Virus record (IMG/VR): IMGVR_UViG_3300046834_000025
Span: 13,834 to 77,833 of that record
Source: a virus
Length of the DNA: 64,000 nt
Strand: one strand, 5' to 3'
A program made the position numbers and the translations under genes. Below, in pieces: positions 26,839-36,155 of this stretch. The notes under the pieces are model-generated. The model did not search any database, was not told the DNA's origin, and was given only the letters and a program-made list of their open reading frames with translations. The stretch's first letter is position 1. The number at the start of each line of letters is the position of its first letter.

Positions 26839-27225
26839 ATGATCATCACCATCGACACGAGCCAGCCTCTGTCTCAGATCGACTTGGACGCGCTCATGGC
26901 GCTCACGGGTGTCGTCGCCCCTTCGCCGAACGGCCAGGAACCGCCGTCTGCGCCGGTCTCCGTCGTGCCCACCAAGAAGGCTGCGCCTGCCAAGAAGGCC
27001 GCTGCACCGAAGGCTGAGCCGAAGCCGGAGACGCCCGCAGAACTCGCTGCGGACGAGGACGAGGCTGCCAAGCTGCAGGAGACCGCTCACGCCAAGGCGA
27101 GTGGCCTTCTCGCCGATGGTCAGCGTGACCGCGTGATCGCGGCTCTCAAGGAGATCGGCGCTGCACGTGTCGCCGAAGTCCCGGCTGACAAGCTGCAGGA
27201 GTTCATCGACGCTCTGGGTGAGTGA
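26839..27225 (+). CDS. hypothetical protein of the exonuclease/SSB module
   Basis: exact GAGAGGAAACCGATG; Ala/Lys/Pro linker. Confidence 0.75.
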   Translation: MIITIDTSQPLSQIDLDALMALTGVVAPSPNGQEPPSAPVSVVPTKKAAPAKKAAAPKAEPKPETPAELAADEDEAAKLQETAHAKASGLLADGQRDRVIAALKEIGAARVAEVPADKLQEFIDALGE

Positions 27226-27231
27226 TCTCCG

Positions 27232-27486
27232 ATGGAGGAGTTCACTCCCTTCGCGCGGAAGTGTCCTTCCTGCGGAGGCCAGATGCGCCTACGTCGGCAG
27301 GCACAGATTCATGATGCCTGTCTTTCCCGTCCGTCACAGACGCCGTGGTACCGGCCACAGAAGTGGGTCGGTGGGGACGACACTTGTGCTGTCTGCCAAG
27401 AGGCACTAGCTGACACACTCTACACATGTGTCCACGGCGACTGTGCCGACTACCTTGCACGGCGTCGACAGTCGGTGCGAACATGA
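27232..27486 (+). CDS. zinc-finger hypothetical protein
   Basis: two CxxC...HxxC units. Confidence 0.55.
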   Translation: MEEFTPFARKCPSCGGQMRLRRQAQIHDACLSRPSQTPWYRPQKWVGGDDTCAVCQEALADTLYTCVHGDCADYLARRRQSVRT

Positions 27487-28676
27487 GCGAGCACATGCGG
27501 CTTCACGCAACGCTCTCACCTTCAAGTGCAGAGCGGTGGCTGGAGTGTCCGGCATCAATCCGGCTCATCAGTACTCTCGAGCGCGGTGAAGACAGCAGTA
27601 CCGTCTACGCCGAAGAGGGTACGCGGGCACACAACCTGGCCGAGATCGAAGCCTCCTACCAGTTCGACATGATCACGGTGGAAGACTACCGGACTCGCCG
27701 GACAGCCTGGTTGCGAATCGCCGAGACACACGGTGACGATGTGGAGGAAATGGATCGGCACGTTCGCGTGTACGTCCGTCTCCTGCAGGACATTATGGCT
27801 AGCAGGCCGCACGCCACCCTACGCCTGGAACAGCGGGTGCAGACCGGCGTTCCTGGTTGTTGGGGAACGGGAGACGCAATCATCATCGCGCCGACCACGA
27901 TCGATGTCGTCGACTTCAAGTACGGCCAGGGCGTCGGCGTCATCGCACACGAGAACCCGCAACTCATGCTCTACGGCCTCGGTGCGCTCGAGATGTTCGA
28001 TGGTGTGATCGGAGACACGCAGTCTGTCACCGTTCATATCTGTCAGCCACGGGTCGGAGGGATGTCACACTATACCATCGGTGCGAAGGAACTTCGAGCC
28101 TGGCGCGACGATGCCGTCATGCCGATCGCACGAGAGACGCAGCACCCTGATGCCCGATTCGGGCCGTCCGAGGTTGCCTGTCGCTGGTGTCCGGCATCAG
28201 GTATCTGCAAGGCACGAGCGCGCTACATCACGGAGCGTGACTTCGGCAGTCCTGACGTGCTGTCGATGGACGAGCTCGCGGAAGCCTTCAAGACACTCAC
28301 CGACATCCGAGACTGGTGCAATGCCGTTGAGGCAGAAGCCTTGAAGCAGGCGTACAGCGAGGGTGAAGAACTGCCTGGACTGAAGGTCGTGATGTCGGGC
28401 GGCAAGCGGTCGATCCCTGATCCTCCGGCTGCCATCAAGAAACTGCAGGCAGCAGGCTTCTCGCTCGAACAGGTGAGCCGTCTCTCCATGAAGACATTGG
28501 GAGACTTGGAGCGCCTGGTCGGCAAGGACAAGCTACCCAACGTGCTAGGTCCCTTGCTAGTCAAGAGCCCTGGCAAACCTGCTCTCGTGCCTGAGAGCGA
28601 CAATCGGCCAGCCGTCACCGCACTAACGGCTGCCGCAGAAGACTTCCAGAGTCCTCTGGAGGATGAGCAAGGATGA
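27483..28676 (+). CDS. Cas4-like PD-(D/E)xK exonuclease (DUF2800)
   Basis: HATLSPSSAERWLECP, GTGDA, VDFKYG, NPQLMLY, CRWCP. Confidence 0.9.
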   Translation: MSEHMRLHATLSPSSAERWLECPASIRLISTLERGEDSSTVYAEEGTRAHNLAEIEASYQFDMITVEDYRTRRTAWLRIAETHGDDVEEMDRHVRVYVRLLQDIMASRPHATLRLEQRVQTGVPGCWGTGDAIIIAPTTIDVVDFKYGQGVGVIAHENPQLMLYGLGALEMFDGVIGDTQSVTVHICQPRVGGMSHYTIGAKELRAWRDDAVMPIARETQHPDARFGPSEVACRWCPASGICKARARYITERDFGSPDVLSMDELAEAFKTLTDIRDWCNAVEAEALKQAYSEGEELPGLKVVMSGGKRSIPDPPAAIKKLQAAGFSLEQVSRLSMKTLGDLERLVGKDKLPNVLGPLLVKSPGKPALVPESDNRPAVTALTAAAEDFQSPLEDEQG

Positions 28677-28692
28677 GAGAGATGAGAACGCT

Positions 28693-29286
28693 ATGGCAGA
28701 GAACGACACCACCGAGGCACGCCGTGTCATCACGGGCCGTGTCCGGCTGAGCTTCCCGTACCTGTTCAAGCCGCGACCCCCGATGGCTGGCCAGGAGGGA
28801 GAGCCGAAGTACAGCGTGATGCTGTTGATCCCCAAGAGCGACACCGTCACGATGGAAAAGCTCCGCAAGGCCGAGAAGCTTGCCCTCGAACAGGGCAAGG
28901 CCGGAACGTTCGGCTCGAACTTCAAGATGTCCTCTCTTGCACCGTCCATCATCAAGGACGCCGACGAGGACGGCACTGCGGAGGACTACCCGGAGCGTGA
29001 GGGCATGTACTACATGACCGTCAACGCTCAGGAAGCCTTCAAGCCGCAGGTGGTCGACAAGAACCTCAACCCGATCATCGACCAGAGCGAGGTCTACTCC
29101 GGCGTCTGGGCCAGGGTCTCCGTCTCCGCGTTCCCGTACAAGTACGGGGACATGAAGCGGGGCATCTCCTTCGGCCTCAACAACGTCCAGGTTCTCGGCT
29201 ACGGTGAGAGCCTGCGCGGTGGCAAGAGCGCCGACCAGGACTTCGACGCGGTCGAGATCGCGGAAGAGGACGCGAGTCTGCTCTGA
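28693..29286 (+). CDS. single-stranded DNA-binding protein (DUF2815)
   Basis: RLSFPYLFKP, KYSVMLLIPK, YSGVWAR, GISFGLNNVQ, acidic tail. Confidence 0.9.
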   Translation: MAENDTTEARRVITGRVRLSFPYLFKPRPPMAGQEGEPKYSVMLLIPKSDTVTMEKLRKAEKLALEQGKAGTFGSNFKMSSLAPSIIKDADEDGTAEDYPEREGMYYMTVNAQEAFKPQVVDKNLNPIIDQSEVYSGVWARVSVSAFPYKYGDMKRGISFGLNNVQVLGYGESLRGGKSADQDFDAVEIAEEDASLL

Positions 29287-29323
29287 TTCACCCCCACGTC
29301 GGGCTCGACGTGGTAAGATAGGT

Positions 29324-29379
29324 GTGGTGCCGCGCGGCGGTTGGGTTATGTCGGTTTCCTCTCCCTCGCGCGGCACTAC
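29324..29379 (+). ncRNA. Candidate antisense RNA hairpin; loop complementary to the start-associated motif
   Basis: 13-bp stem 29324-29336/29367-29379 (one G-U); loop contains atgtcggtttcctctc; TGG-TAAGAT -10 box at 29311-29319. Confidence 0.55.
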
Positions 29380-29400
29380 TCCCTCCCTGAGAGGAAACCG

Positions 29401-29628
29401 ATGACGCAGTACGTGAAGGTCGAAATCGACGAGGGTCGTGCCTACACCTACGGGTGGGACGGCGAAGAGCCTCTCAAGCCTGGCGACCAGGTGGTGCTTC
29501 CTAGCAACATGGTCCGCAATCGGACCTTCTCCGGACGAGTTCTGCGAATTCTGGCAGAGTCGGATTTCAAGGGGCCGATCAAGAACATCCTCTCGAAGGT
29601 CAATGACGACTTGGAAAGCCTTCTGTAG
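29401..29628 (+). CDS. hypothetical protein
   Basis: exact GAGAGGAAACCGATG; YTY...LKPGDQVVLP. Confidence 0.75.
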   Translation: MTQYVKVEIDEGRAYTYGWDGEEPLKPGDQVVLPSNMVRNRTFSGRVLRILAESDFKGPIKNILSKVNDDLESLL

Positions 29629-29631
29629 AGG

Positions 29632-29660
29632 TTGCGTTGTAGCATCAAACATGCTACAAT
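29632..29660 (+). promoter_or_regulatory. SigA-like promoter P3
   Basis: TTGCGT-17bp-TACAAT with TG extension. Confidence 0.75.
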
Positions 29661-29709
29661 GATCGAACGTACCAGTCGACCGGCTGGACGAGTAGTGGAA
29701 GGAATCACA

Positions 29710-30990
29710 GTGTTCAAGAAGAGCCTGCTCTGTCTGTGTTCGAGCGTTGCGCTCATTCTCGGCATGGGCCTCATCGCCTCTCCGGCTGAGGCTGCTCCGG
29801 GTGACGAGTTCATCGTCAACGGCGACTTCAGCGACTACGACCCGGCGACTGGCGCGATCACGGACGGCGTGACGACGACCGACTTCTCGCTCACCACCTC
29901 TCTCGCTGAGGCATCTTCGCCTGGCAACGGGGACATGTACGACCCCGGCGTGTACGCCGTCTCGACCAACGCGGGCGCGCTCCACAACCAGTGGATCGAG
30001 CAGGCGGGCGACAACCCCAAGATGGTCCTCAACGGCTTCACCGAAGGCGTGCAGACCGTCTGGCAGCAGACCGCTGACGGCGTCACCTGCGACACGCCCG
30101 GATCGACCATCGGGTTCGAGTTCACCGCTGATGTCGCCAACGTCCTTCCGCTCGACCAGTACAGCGACGGCGGAGCGAACATTTCGGTCTACATCAACGA
30201 CCAGCTCATCGGCTCCGCCGACCTCACATCCAACGACGGTACGCCCGTGTCGATCTCGAGCGCGATGGTTCCGGCTGCTGATGCGTTCGTCATCGAGGTT
30301 CGGAACAGCGCGACCGTCTATGTCGGCAACGACTTCTCGCTCGACAACCTGTCGCTGGTCCAGACCGGCGATTGCACCGCTCCGGTGGCCGTCCTGTTCG
30401 ATGTCGCGCCGACCGACCCGACGTGTGAAGCCGATGGCTCGCTCGACACCTCGCTGTTCCCGATCGTCCGCGAGGGCTACACCCTCACCGTCGACCGGGC
30501 CTTCGACGGTCCCGGCGACTACGTGATCACTGCCACCGCTGCTGACGGCTTCTTCTTCTCCGGCGACGGCGACCCGTTCGTCCGCTCCGTGACTGTCACC
30601 GTGGGCGAACGTCTGCCCGCTGCGGAGTGCCGTGTTGGTGGGCTCACGATCGGCTACTACAAGAACCACGCCGTCTCCGAGGCTACCTGGGATGCGGCAC
30701 GCGCCGGTCTGAACACCCTGTTCGGGGCGTACCCGAACTGGAACAACGCGCTCGCGGTGCTGAACGCCAAGCCGACCAATGACGGCTCGGTGCAGTTGCT
30801 CCGTCAGGCAATCGCGTTCGCTCTGAACGTCGAGACCATCGACGGCTTCGCTGAGAACATCATGCCGAACGGCATGACCGCCGAGGCGTACCTCGACTAC
30901 CTGAACGCCACGCCGACAGCGTGGGACACCAGGTCGGAACGGCTCGCGATCGCTGCGATCCTCGACGCTGCCAACCAGCACGTCGTCTGA
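29710..30990 (+). CDS. secreted acidic beta-rich protein (moron-like)
   Basis: signal peptide ending AEA; IVNGDFS...SLDNLSL jelly-roll-like domain. Confidence 0.75.
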   Translation: MFKKSLLCLCSSVALILGMGLIASPAEAAPGDEFIVNGDFSDYDPATGAITDGVTTTDFSLTTSLAEASSPGNGDMYDPGVYAVSTNAGALHNQWIEQAGDNPKMVLNGFTEGVQTVWQQTADGVTCDTPGSTIGFEFTADVANVLPLDQYSDGGANISVYINDQLIGSADLTSNDGTPVSISSAMVPAADAFVIEVRNSATVYVGNDFSLDNLSLVQTGDCTAPVAVLFDVAPTDPTCEADGSLDTSLFPIVREGYTLTVDRAFDGPGDYVITATAADGFFFSGDGDPFVRSVTVTVGERLPAAECRVGGLTIGYYKNHAVSEATWDAARAGLNTLFGAYPNWNNALAVLNAKPTNDGSVQLLRQAIAFALNVETIDGFAENIMPNGMTAEAYLDYLNATPTAWDTRSERLAIAAILDAANQHVV

Positions 30991-30998
30991 CCCGAACT

Positions 30999-31031
30999 GG
31001 GCCGGAGCATCCCACGGGGGTGCTCCGGCCC
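30999..31031 (+). terminator. hairpin terminator
   Basis: gggccggagca/tgctccggccc. Confidence 0.65.
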
Positions 31032-31052
31032 TACACCATTGAGAGGAAACCG

Positions 31053-31238
31053 ATGAGCTACCTCGATAGACTCCTGACAGAGCCTGCCGTCAAGTGTCAG
31101 TGCCCGTCCCGCGACTCTGGTGCTGCAGCCTTCCACGGCGGCAAGCCGGACGGCTGCCCACGGGATGCCCTGGTGCCACGCGGAGTGGTCACCAGTCCAG
31201 CACTCTGTGCCGCCTGCCTGCACGGCTGCATGGACTGA
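31053..31238 (+). CDS. small Cys-rich protein
   Basis: exact GAGAGGAAACCGATG. Confidence 0.65.
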   Translation: MSYLDRLLTEPAVKCQCPSRDSGAAAFHGGKPDGCPRDALVPRGVVTSPALCAACLHGCMD

Positions 31239-31241
31239 CCG

Positions 31242-31781
31242 ATGGACCTCACCCCGGCAAAGACCTACGAACAGATGCACAGTGGTCTTCACTGGGCCTT
31301 TGGACGGGCGAAGGACTACGTGTGCATCGAGTGTGGCCAGCAGGCTGAAGATTGGGCGTACCAGTATACTTCCATTGATCCTCAAATAGATACGAAGAAC
31401 AGAGTCTACAGCGAGTCTTTCGATGATTACGCGCCCATGTGCCGTAGCTGCCATCGTCGGTTCGACATGCTCAGACCCGAACGGCGCGAAGCTCAGCTAG
31501 CCCACCTAGCTCGAGTGCATGCTGCGATCGCAGCCGATCCTGTTGCGCAAGAACGACGCCGCGAAGCAGGAGTCAAGGGACGACAGGTAATAGCTGAAAT
31601 GCGGGCACAAGGGGTGCCTATGGCTAGAGGACGGAGAACGGACACTGCAAACCTACGCGTACTAGGGAAGATGGTTGGGAGTATACGACGACGTTGCAAC
31701 ACTTGTGGACTAGAGACGGCGGCAGGCCCGCTAGCGCGTCATCAGACTAAGTCTGGACATACAGGCTGGACGGTAGCATAA
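31242..31781 (+). CDS. HNH-type homing endonuclease (paralog of 14758-15297)
   Basis: CIEC...AEDWAYQY...YAPMCRSCHRRFD; C-terminal CxxC...H...H. Confidence 0.7.
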   Translation: MDLTPAKTYEQMHSGLHWAFGRAKDYVCIECGQQAEDWAYQYTSIDPQIDTKNRVYSESFDDYAPMCRSCHRRFDMLRPERREAQLAHLARVHAAIAADPVAQERRREAGVKGRQVIAEMRAQGVPMARGRRTDTANLRVLGKMVGSIRRRCNTCGLETAAGPLARHQTKSGHTGWTVA

Positions 31782-33571
31782 TGGATCTACTAGATTGTGA
31801 CGTGGAGACTTTCAGTACCGTCAACATCAAAAAGACGAACCCGTATGCTTACGTAGAGTGTCCGTCGTTCGAGGTGTTGATGTGCGCGTGGAGTCTCAAT
31901 GATTCGCCGATTGAGATCGCCGTGGGCGAAGCTGCAATACGAAAGATTCCGGGACTGCTTGACCCCGAAGTGAAAAAATGTAGCTTTAACGCGGGCTTCG
32001 AGCGGATCGTTTTCTCTGCCATGAGCGGTATGCCAGTCGGCTCGTATCTTCCTCCTGAGATGTGGTTCGACCCGGCTGCTGTCGCTGCGGAGTATGGACT
32101 ACCGCGCTCTCTCGAAAAGGTAACGGAAGCATTGAACCTCGAGCGCAAGGATTCAGCAGGCACCAGACTGATCAACCTGTTCTGCTCTCCCTACCGTGGT
32201 CGGCGGGTGTTCGGCCACGAGCGACCGGAAGAATGGGCTCGCTTCCAAGCCTACTGCATCCAAGATGTTGTCGCACTTCAGGATGTCCGGCGCAAGCTGA
32301 AAGGCTGGCCGTCTACCTTCGAGCGGGACCTCTGGTACGTCGACCAGCGCATCAACGATCGTGGCTTGAGGGTCGACCTGGACATGGCTCGTGCAGCCGT
32401 CAAGGCAGCGCAGGCCAACGCCGAAGAAGCCGAACACGAGCTCATCGAACTAACCGGCGTCAAGAATCCCAACAGCATTCAGCAACTCATGAAGTGGCTC
32501 ATCGACAACGACTGTCCTCTTGCAGACCTGAAGGCTGAGACGGTCGCTATTGCCCTGGAAGCACCGTTCCCAAAGACGATCATCCGTGTGTTGGAGCTTC
32601 GCCAAGAGCTAGCCCTGGTCGCGTCGAACAAGTACATCGCGGCTCTGCGTAGCGTCTCGACGGACGGCAGGCTTCGTGGGCAGTTCAAGTTCCACGGGGC
32701 TCATACTGGGCGATGGAGTTCCAGTGGAGTACAGTTGCATAATCTTCCTCGACAGTCCGATCCCCGTGAGGCAGAAGCGATTCTCGATCTGGCGCTAGGT
32801 CTTGGTGCCCCACCTGAGATGCTGAAGTCTCTCGTGCGACCGATGTTCCTCGGACCCTTCACGATCTCCGACCTTGCCGGAATCGAGGCCCGCATCCTGG
32901 CTTGGCTGGCCGGACAGCAGTGGGTGCTCGATGCGGTTGCAGCCGGTCGAGACATCTACGAGGAAACCGCCAAGCGTATGGGGGGCATGACCAGGCAGCA
33001 GGGTAAGGTTGCCGTCCTGGCACTCGGCTACCAGGGTGCCGTAGGGTCGATGCGGAACATGGGCTACGGTGGTCGAGCCGATCCCAAGAGTGACGCTCAG
33101 ATCAGGATCATTGTCGATCGCTGGCGAGAGGCAAACCCGAAGATCGTGCAGTTCTGGTACAACCTCGAGCGCGCGTTCCGTAGTGGTGGCAAGGCGGGTC
33201 GCATCATCGTTGAGGCACAGGACAAGGAGCGCCGGATTCTCCTGCCGTCCGGTAGGAAGCTCTACTACCACAATGTGACTGCGGGGCAGCGTCTGACGTA
33301 CCGCCACATCCGTGGGTACCAGGAGGAGACCTACGGTGGTCGGCTGACAGAGAACGTCACGCAGGCGGTTGCACGAGACGTGTTGGCTGACGCGATGATC
33401 CGGCTCGACCGAGAGGGCTACCCGATCGTGGCCCACATCCACGACGAAGCCGTGGTCGAGAGCGATGCCGTGGAAGAGATTCGAGCCATCATGAAAAAAG
33501 TGCCGGACTGGGCAGAGGGTCTTCCTCTGGACGCGTCAGCCGATTACGTTCAACGCTACACGAAGGGATAA
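31781..33571 (+). CDS. DNA polymerase family A with 3'-5' exonuclease
   Basis: DVETFS, FNAGFER, YCIQDV, HTGRWS, DLAGIEAR, RQQGKVAVLALGYQG, HIHDE. Confidence 0.95.
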   Translation: MDLLDCDVETFSTVNIKKTNPYAYVECPSFEVLMCAWSLNDSPIEIAVGEAAIRKIPGLLDPEVKKCSFNAGFERIVFSAMSGMPVGSYLPPEMWFDPAAVAAEYGLPRSLEKVTEALNLERKDSAGTRLINLFCSPYRGRRVFGHERPEEWARFQAYCIQDVVALQDVRRKLKGWPSTFERDLWYVDQRINDRGLRVDLDMARAAVKAAQANAEEAEHELIELTGVKNPNSIQQLMKWLIDNDCPLADLKAETVAIALEAPFPKTIIRVLELRQELALVASNKYIAALRSVSTDGRLRGQFKFHGAHTGRWSSSGVQLHNLPRQSDPREAEAILDLALGLGAPPEMLKSLVRPMFLGPFTISDLAGIEARILAWLAGQQWVLDAVAAGRDIYEETAKRMGGMTRQQGKVAVLALGYQGAVGSMRNMGYGGRADPKSDAQIRIIVDRWREANPKIVQFWYNLERAFRSGGKAGRIIVEAQDKERRILLPSGRKLYYHNVTAGQRLTYRHIRGYQEETYGGRLTENVTQAVARDVLADAMIRLDREGYPIVAHIHDEAVVESDAVEEIRAIMKKVPDWAEGLPLDASADYVQRYTKG

Positions 33572-33645
33572 CTGATGAAGCTCATCATGTTCGCGTTCCT
33601 GGTCGGCGCGATTCTTTCTGTCAGTATCACACCGAGAGGAAACTG

Positions 33646-33813
33646 ATGAGAGTTGCAGCGCGGGTCACCATCGTCATGCCGGACGGCACTACCTACGACT
33701 ACGCTCCTGGTGAGGCACAGGTCCAACTAGTTGACACCGTCGTTGAGGACAAGAACACCAAGAAGAAGTCGCCGGTCAGGTACTTCAACATCGTTGCGCC
33801 GGTTGTGCCATGA
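33646..33813 (+). CDS. hypothetical protein
   Basis: GAGAGGAAACTGATG start. Confidence 0.55.
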   Translation: MRVAARVTIVMPDGTTYDYAPGEAQVQLVDTVVEDKNTKKKSPVRYFNIVAPVVP

Positions 33814-34031
33814 AGGAGTTATGGCCACGACCAGCTAAGCCAGTGAAGGCTCAGGTCTGGCGGAAGTGGCGGGTCGACTATCAGCTTGCTTACGACGGTG
33901 GAGAACTGGCGATGTTCTCCACCTACCACCGGACGAAGTTCGGTGCCTACGTTGCTGCCTGGTGGCACTACAACATCGCTTCCTACGGTGGGACAGCGAC
34001 TCTCTTTCTGAATCAGGAGGACCGGGCATGA
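33810..34031 (+). CDS. hypothetical protein
   Basis: ATGA overlap. Confidence 0.55.
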   Translation: MKELWPRPAKPVKAQVWRKWRVDYQLAYDGGELAMFSTYHRTKFGAYVAAWWHYNIASYGGTATLFLNQEDRA

Positions 34032-34216
34032 GCTACCAGTTCACCTCTATCGAACGGAGGCATGTGCTTCCAGACATCTCAGTGCGCGATGGCAAGGCGT
34101 ACTGGGCCGACACGGACACGCTTATCAACTGGGAGGAACTGAAGACTCTCGGATACGTCATCGAGATTGCGGACTGCCCGACATGCGGACAGCCGTTGCC
34201 GCAGAAGGAGGAGTGA
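34028..34216 (+). CDS. small zinc-ribbon protein
   Basis: AGGAGG RBS; CPTCGQ. Confidence 0.6.
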   Translation: MSYQFTSIERRHVLPDISVRDGKAYWADTDTLINWEELKTLGYVIEIADCPTCGQPLPQKEE

Positions 34217-34575
34217 TGCCGTCTCGCGCTGAGCTCGCATTGACGGTGCGGTGTCCGTTCTGCCGTGCCCGACCAGGTGCGCCATGCCTGTACTCCGATG
34301 TCAAGCCGAACAAGTACCGCTACGACTGGAAGAAGGACCGGGAAGCTCTCAACGGCACGCCGACCAAGATGCCTCACCAGCAACGCTTCCATGCTCTCTT
34401 TGACAAGGAGACTCGAGATGCGATGCGAGAGCGGTACAGAGACGTGATGGCTATTCGGATGCTGCCCTACCAGGTGGCCAACATCCGGGCCTTGCGTGAG
34501 TTCGATCGGCATGAGGCAGAACAGCTTGCGACCTGGTTCCGTACCTACGGCAGCATCTTCGAGGAGATCCGATGA
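34216..34575 (+). CDS. zinc-finger hypothetical protein
   Basis: VRCPFCRARPGAPC...HQQR. Confidence 0.65.
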   Translation: MPSRAELALTVRCPFCRARPGAPCLYSDVKPNKYRYDWKKDREALNGTPTKMPHQQRFHALFDKETRDAMRERYRDVMAIRMLPYQVANIRALREFDRHEAEQLATWFRTYGSIFEEIR

Positions 34576-34590
34576 CCAAGAGAGTGCTTC

Positions 34591-35064
34591 ATGGCTAAGA
34601 AGGGCGAGCGGACTGCTGACCGGGTGCAGGTCACCTGTCCGTGTGGCACAGAGTTCGAAGTCACCAGACGCCGGTTCGAGGAAGGCCGTGGTCGGCGGTG
34701 CTCCAAGCCGTGTACCTACAAGTACATGGAACGCCCAAGTGGTTTGACGTACAACATCGTTCAGGAGAACGCAGCCTGGAAGAAGCCTGGCGATGAGCCC
34801 TGGAACAAGGGCATGGTCATGAAGGACGAGATCACCTACAAGGAGCTTCACAAGTGGGTTGCACGACACCGTGAGAAGACTGGTGTGTGCGAGCACTGTG
34901 GAGAAACACGCAAGACCGAGTGGGCAAACAAGAGTCATACGTACCAACGCGACCTGGCCGACTGGCTTGAGTTGTGTAAGAAATGTCATGGCAAGCATGA
35001 CAGCGGAGAGAATCGAGGCAAAGCCGTGGAAAAGTTCGGAGTGAAGCAGGTGGCTTGCAGATGA
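34591..35064 (+). CDS. HNH-type homing endonuclease
   Basis: PWNKG; YKELHKWV...CEHC...EWANKS...WLELCKKCHGKHD. Confidence 0.7.
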   Translation: MAKKGERTADRVQVTCPCGTEFEVTRRRFEEGRGRRCSKPCTYKYMERPSGLTYNIVQENAAWKKPGDEPWNKGMVMKDEITYKELHKWVARHREKTGVCEHCGETRKTEWANKSHTYQRDLADWLELCKKCHGKHDSGENRGKAVEKFGVKQVACR

Positions 35065-36155
35065 CCAAGCGCGTACTCCTCAGCGGAGCGGGTGGCTTCG
35101 CTGGCTCGCACGCTCTGCGGCACATCCTGGCGACGACAGACTGGGATGTCGTTGCGCCGGTCACGTTCTCTCACAAGGGTCTCAGCGACCGTATCCGACT
35201 TGCGATGGACGACATGCCGGAAGCCGCCACACGAGTCAAGGTCCTACGCTGCGACCTGGCCGCGTCGATCAGTCCCGTGACGGACGACGCCTTCGGCCAC
35301 ATCGACTACGTGCTGAACTTCGCCTCTGAGTCGCACGTCGATCGCTCCATCCGGCAGCCTGGTCCGTTCATCCGCAACAACGTTGCACTCATGACGCACC
35401 TGCTCGACTGGGCGGCCAGCCGTTCAGAGCTCCAGGCTTTCATCCAGATCTCGACGGACGAGGTGTACGGTCCCGCGCCAGTCGGCTACAACCACCACGA
35501 GTGGCACGACCAGCACTTGCCGTCGAACCCGTACAGTGCGAGCAAGGCTGCGATGGAGGACATCGCCTTCGCGTACTGGCGCACCTACGATCTGCCGATC
35601 GTGATCACGAACACGATGAACCTCGTCGGCGAGACGCAGGATGCCGAGAAGTTCGTGCCGATGACGATCAGCAAGGTTCTCAACGGCAAGCCGATGACCA
35701 TCCACGCCAGCAGGTCCGGCAAGCCTGGCAGTAGGTTCTACCTCCACGCTCGCAACCAGGCTGACGGCGTGCTGCACGTCCTAAAGTACCTCACGCAGGC
35801 AAGGACGGTCGAGTTCCAGGGCAGCACCCGCCTCTCGTGGGATCACGTCACCGACCAGGAGACCGGCGAAAGCCTGCTCCATAGCGAGGGTGGCACCAAG
35901 CCGTTCCGCTACCACATCGTTGGTGAGCGCGAGGTTGACAACCTCGAGATGGCACAGATGATCGCTCAGGCAGTTGGAAAGCCGCTGCAGTATGACCTCG
36001 TGGACTTCCATTCGAGTCGTCCTGGACACGATCTTCGCTACGGGTTGGACGGCGAGAAACTGGCAGGCATCGACTGGGCACCTCCGGTGCCGCTGGACGA
36101 GAGCCTGCAGCGCATGGTGAAGTGGACCCTCGATCACCCGGAATGGCTGCTATGA
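35061..36155 (+). CDS. rmlB: dTDP-glucose 4,6-dehydratase-like NAD-dependent epimerase/dehydratase
   Basis: GAGGFAG, ASESHVDRSI, STDEVYG, PSNPYSASKA, RPGHDLRY. Confidence 0.85.
   Translation: MTKRVLLSGAGGFAGSHALRHILATTDWDVVAPVTFSHKGLSDRIRLAMDDMPEAATRVKVLRCDLAASISPVTDDAFGHIDYVLNFASESHVDRSIRQPGPFIRNNVALMTHLLDWAASRSELQAFIQISTDEVYGPAPVGYNHHEWHDQHLPSNPYSASKAAMEDIAFAYWRTYDLPIVITNTMNLVGETQDAEKFVPMTISKVLNGKPMTIHASRSGKPGSRFYLHARNQADGVLHVLKYLTQARTVEFQGSTRLSWDHVTDQETGESLLHSEGGTKPFRYHIVGEREVDNLEMAQMIAQAVGKPLQYDLVDFHSSRPGHDLRYGLDGEKLAGIDWAPPVPLDESLQRMVKWTLDHPEWLL

Noticed and set aside
27483-28676. Cas4 as evidence of CRISPR-Cas
   Set aside because: DUF2800 exonuclease in its usual phage context with SSB and PolA
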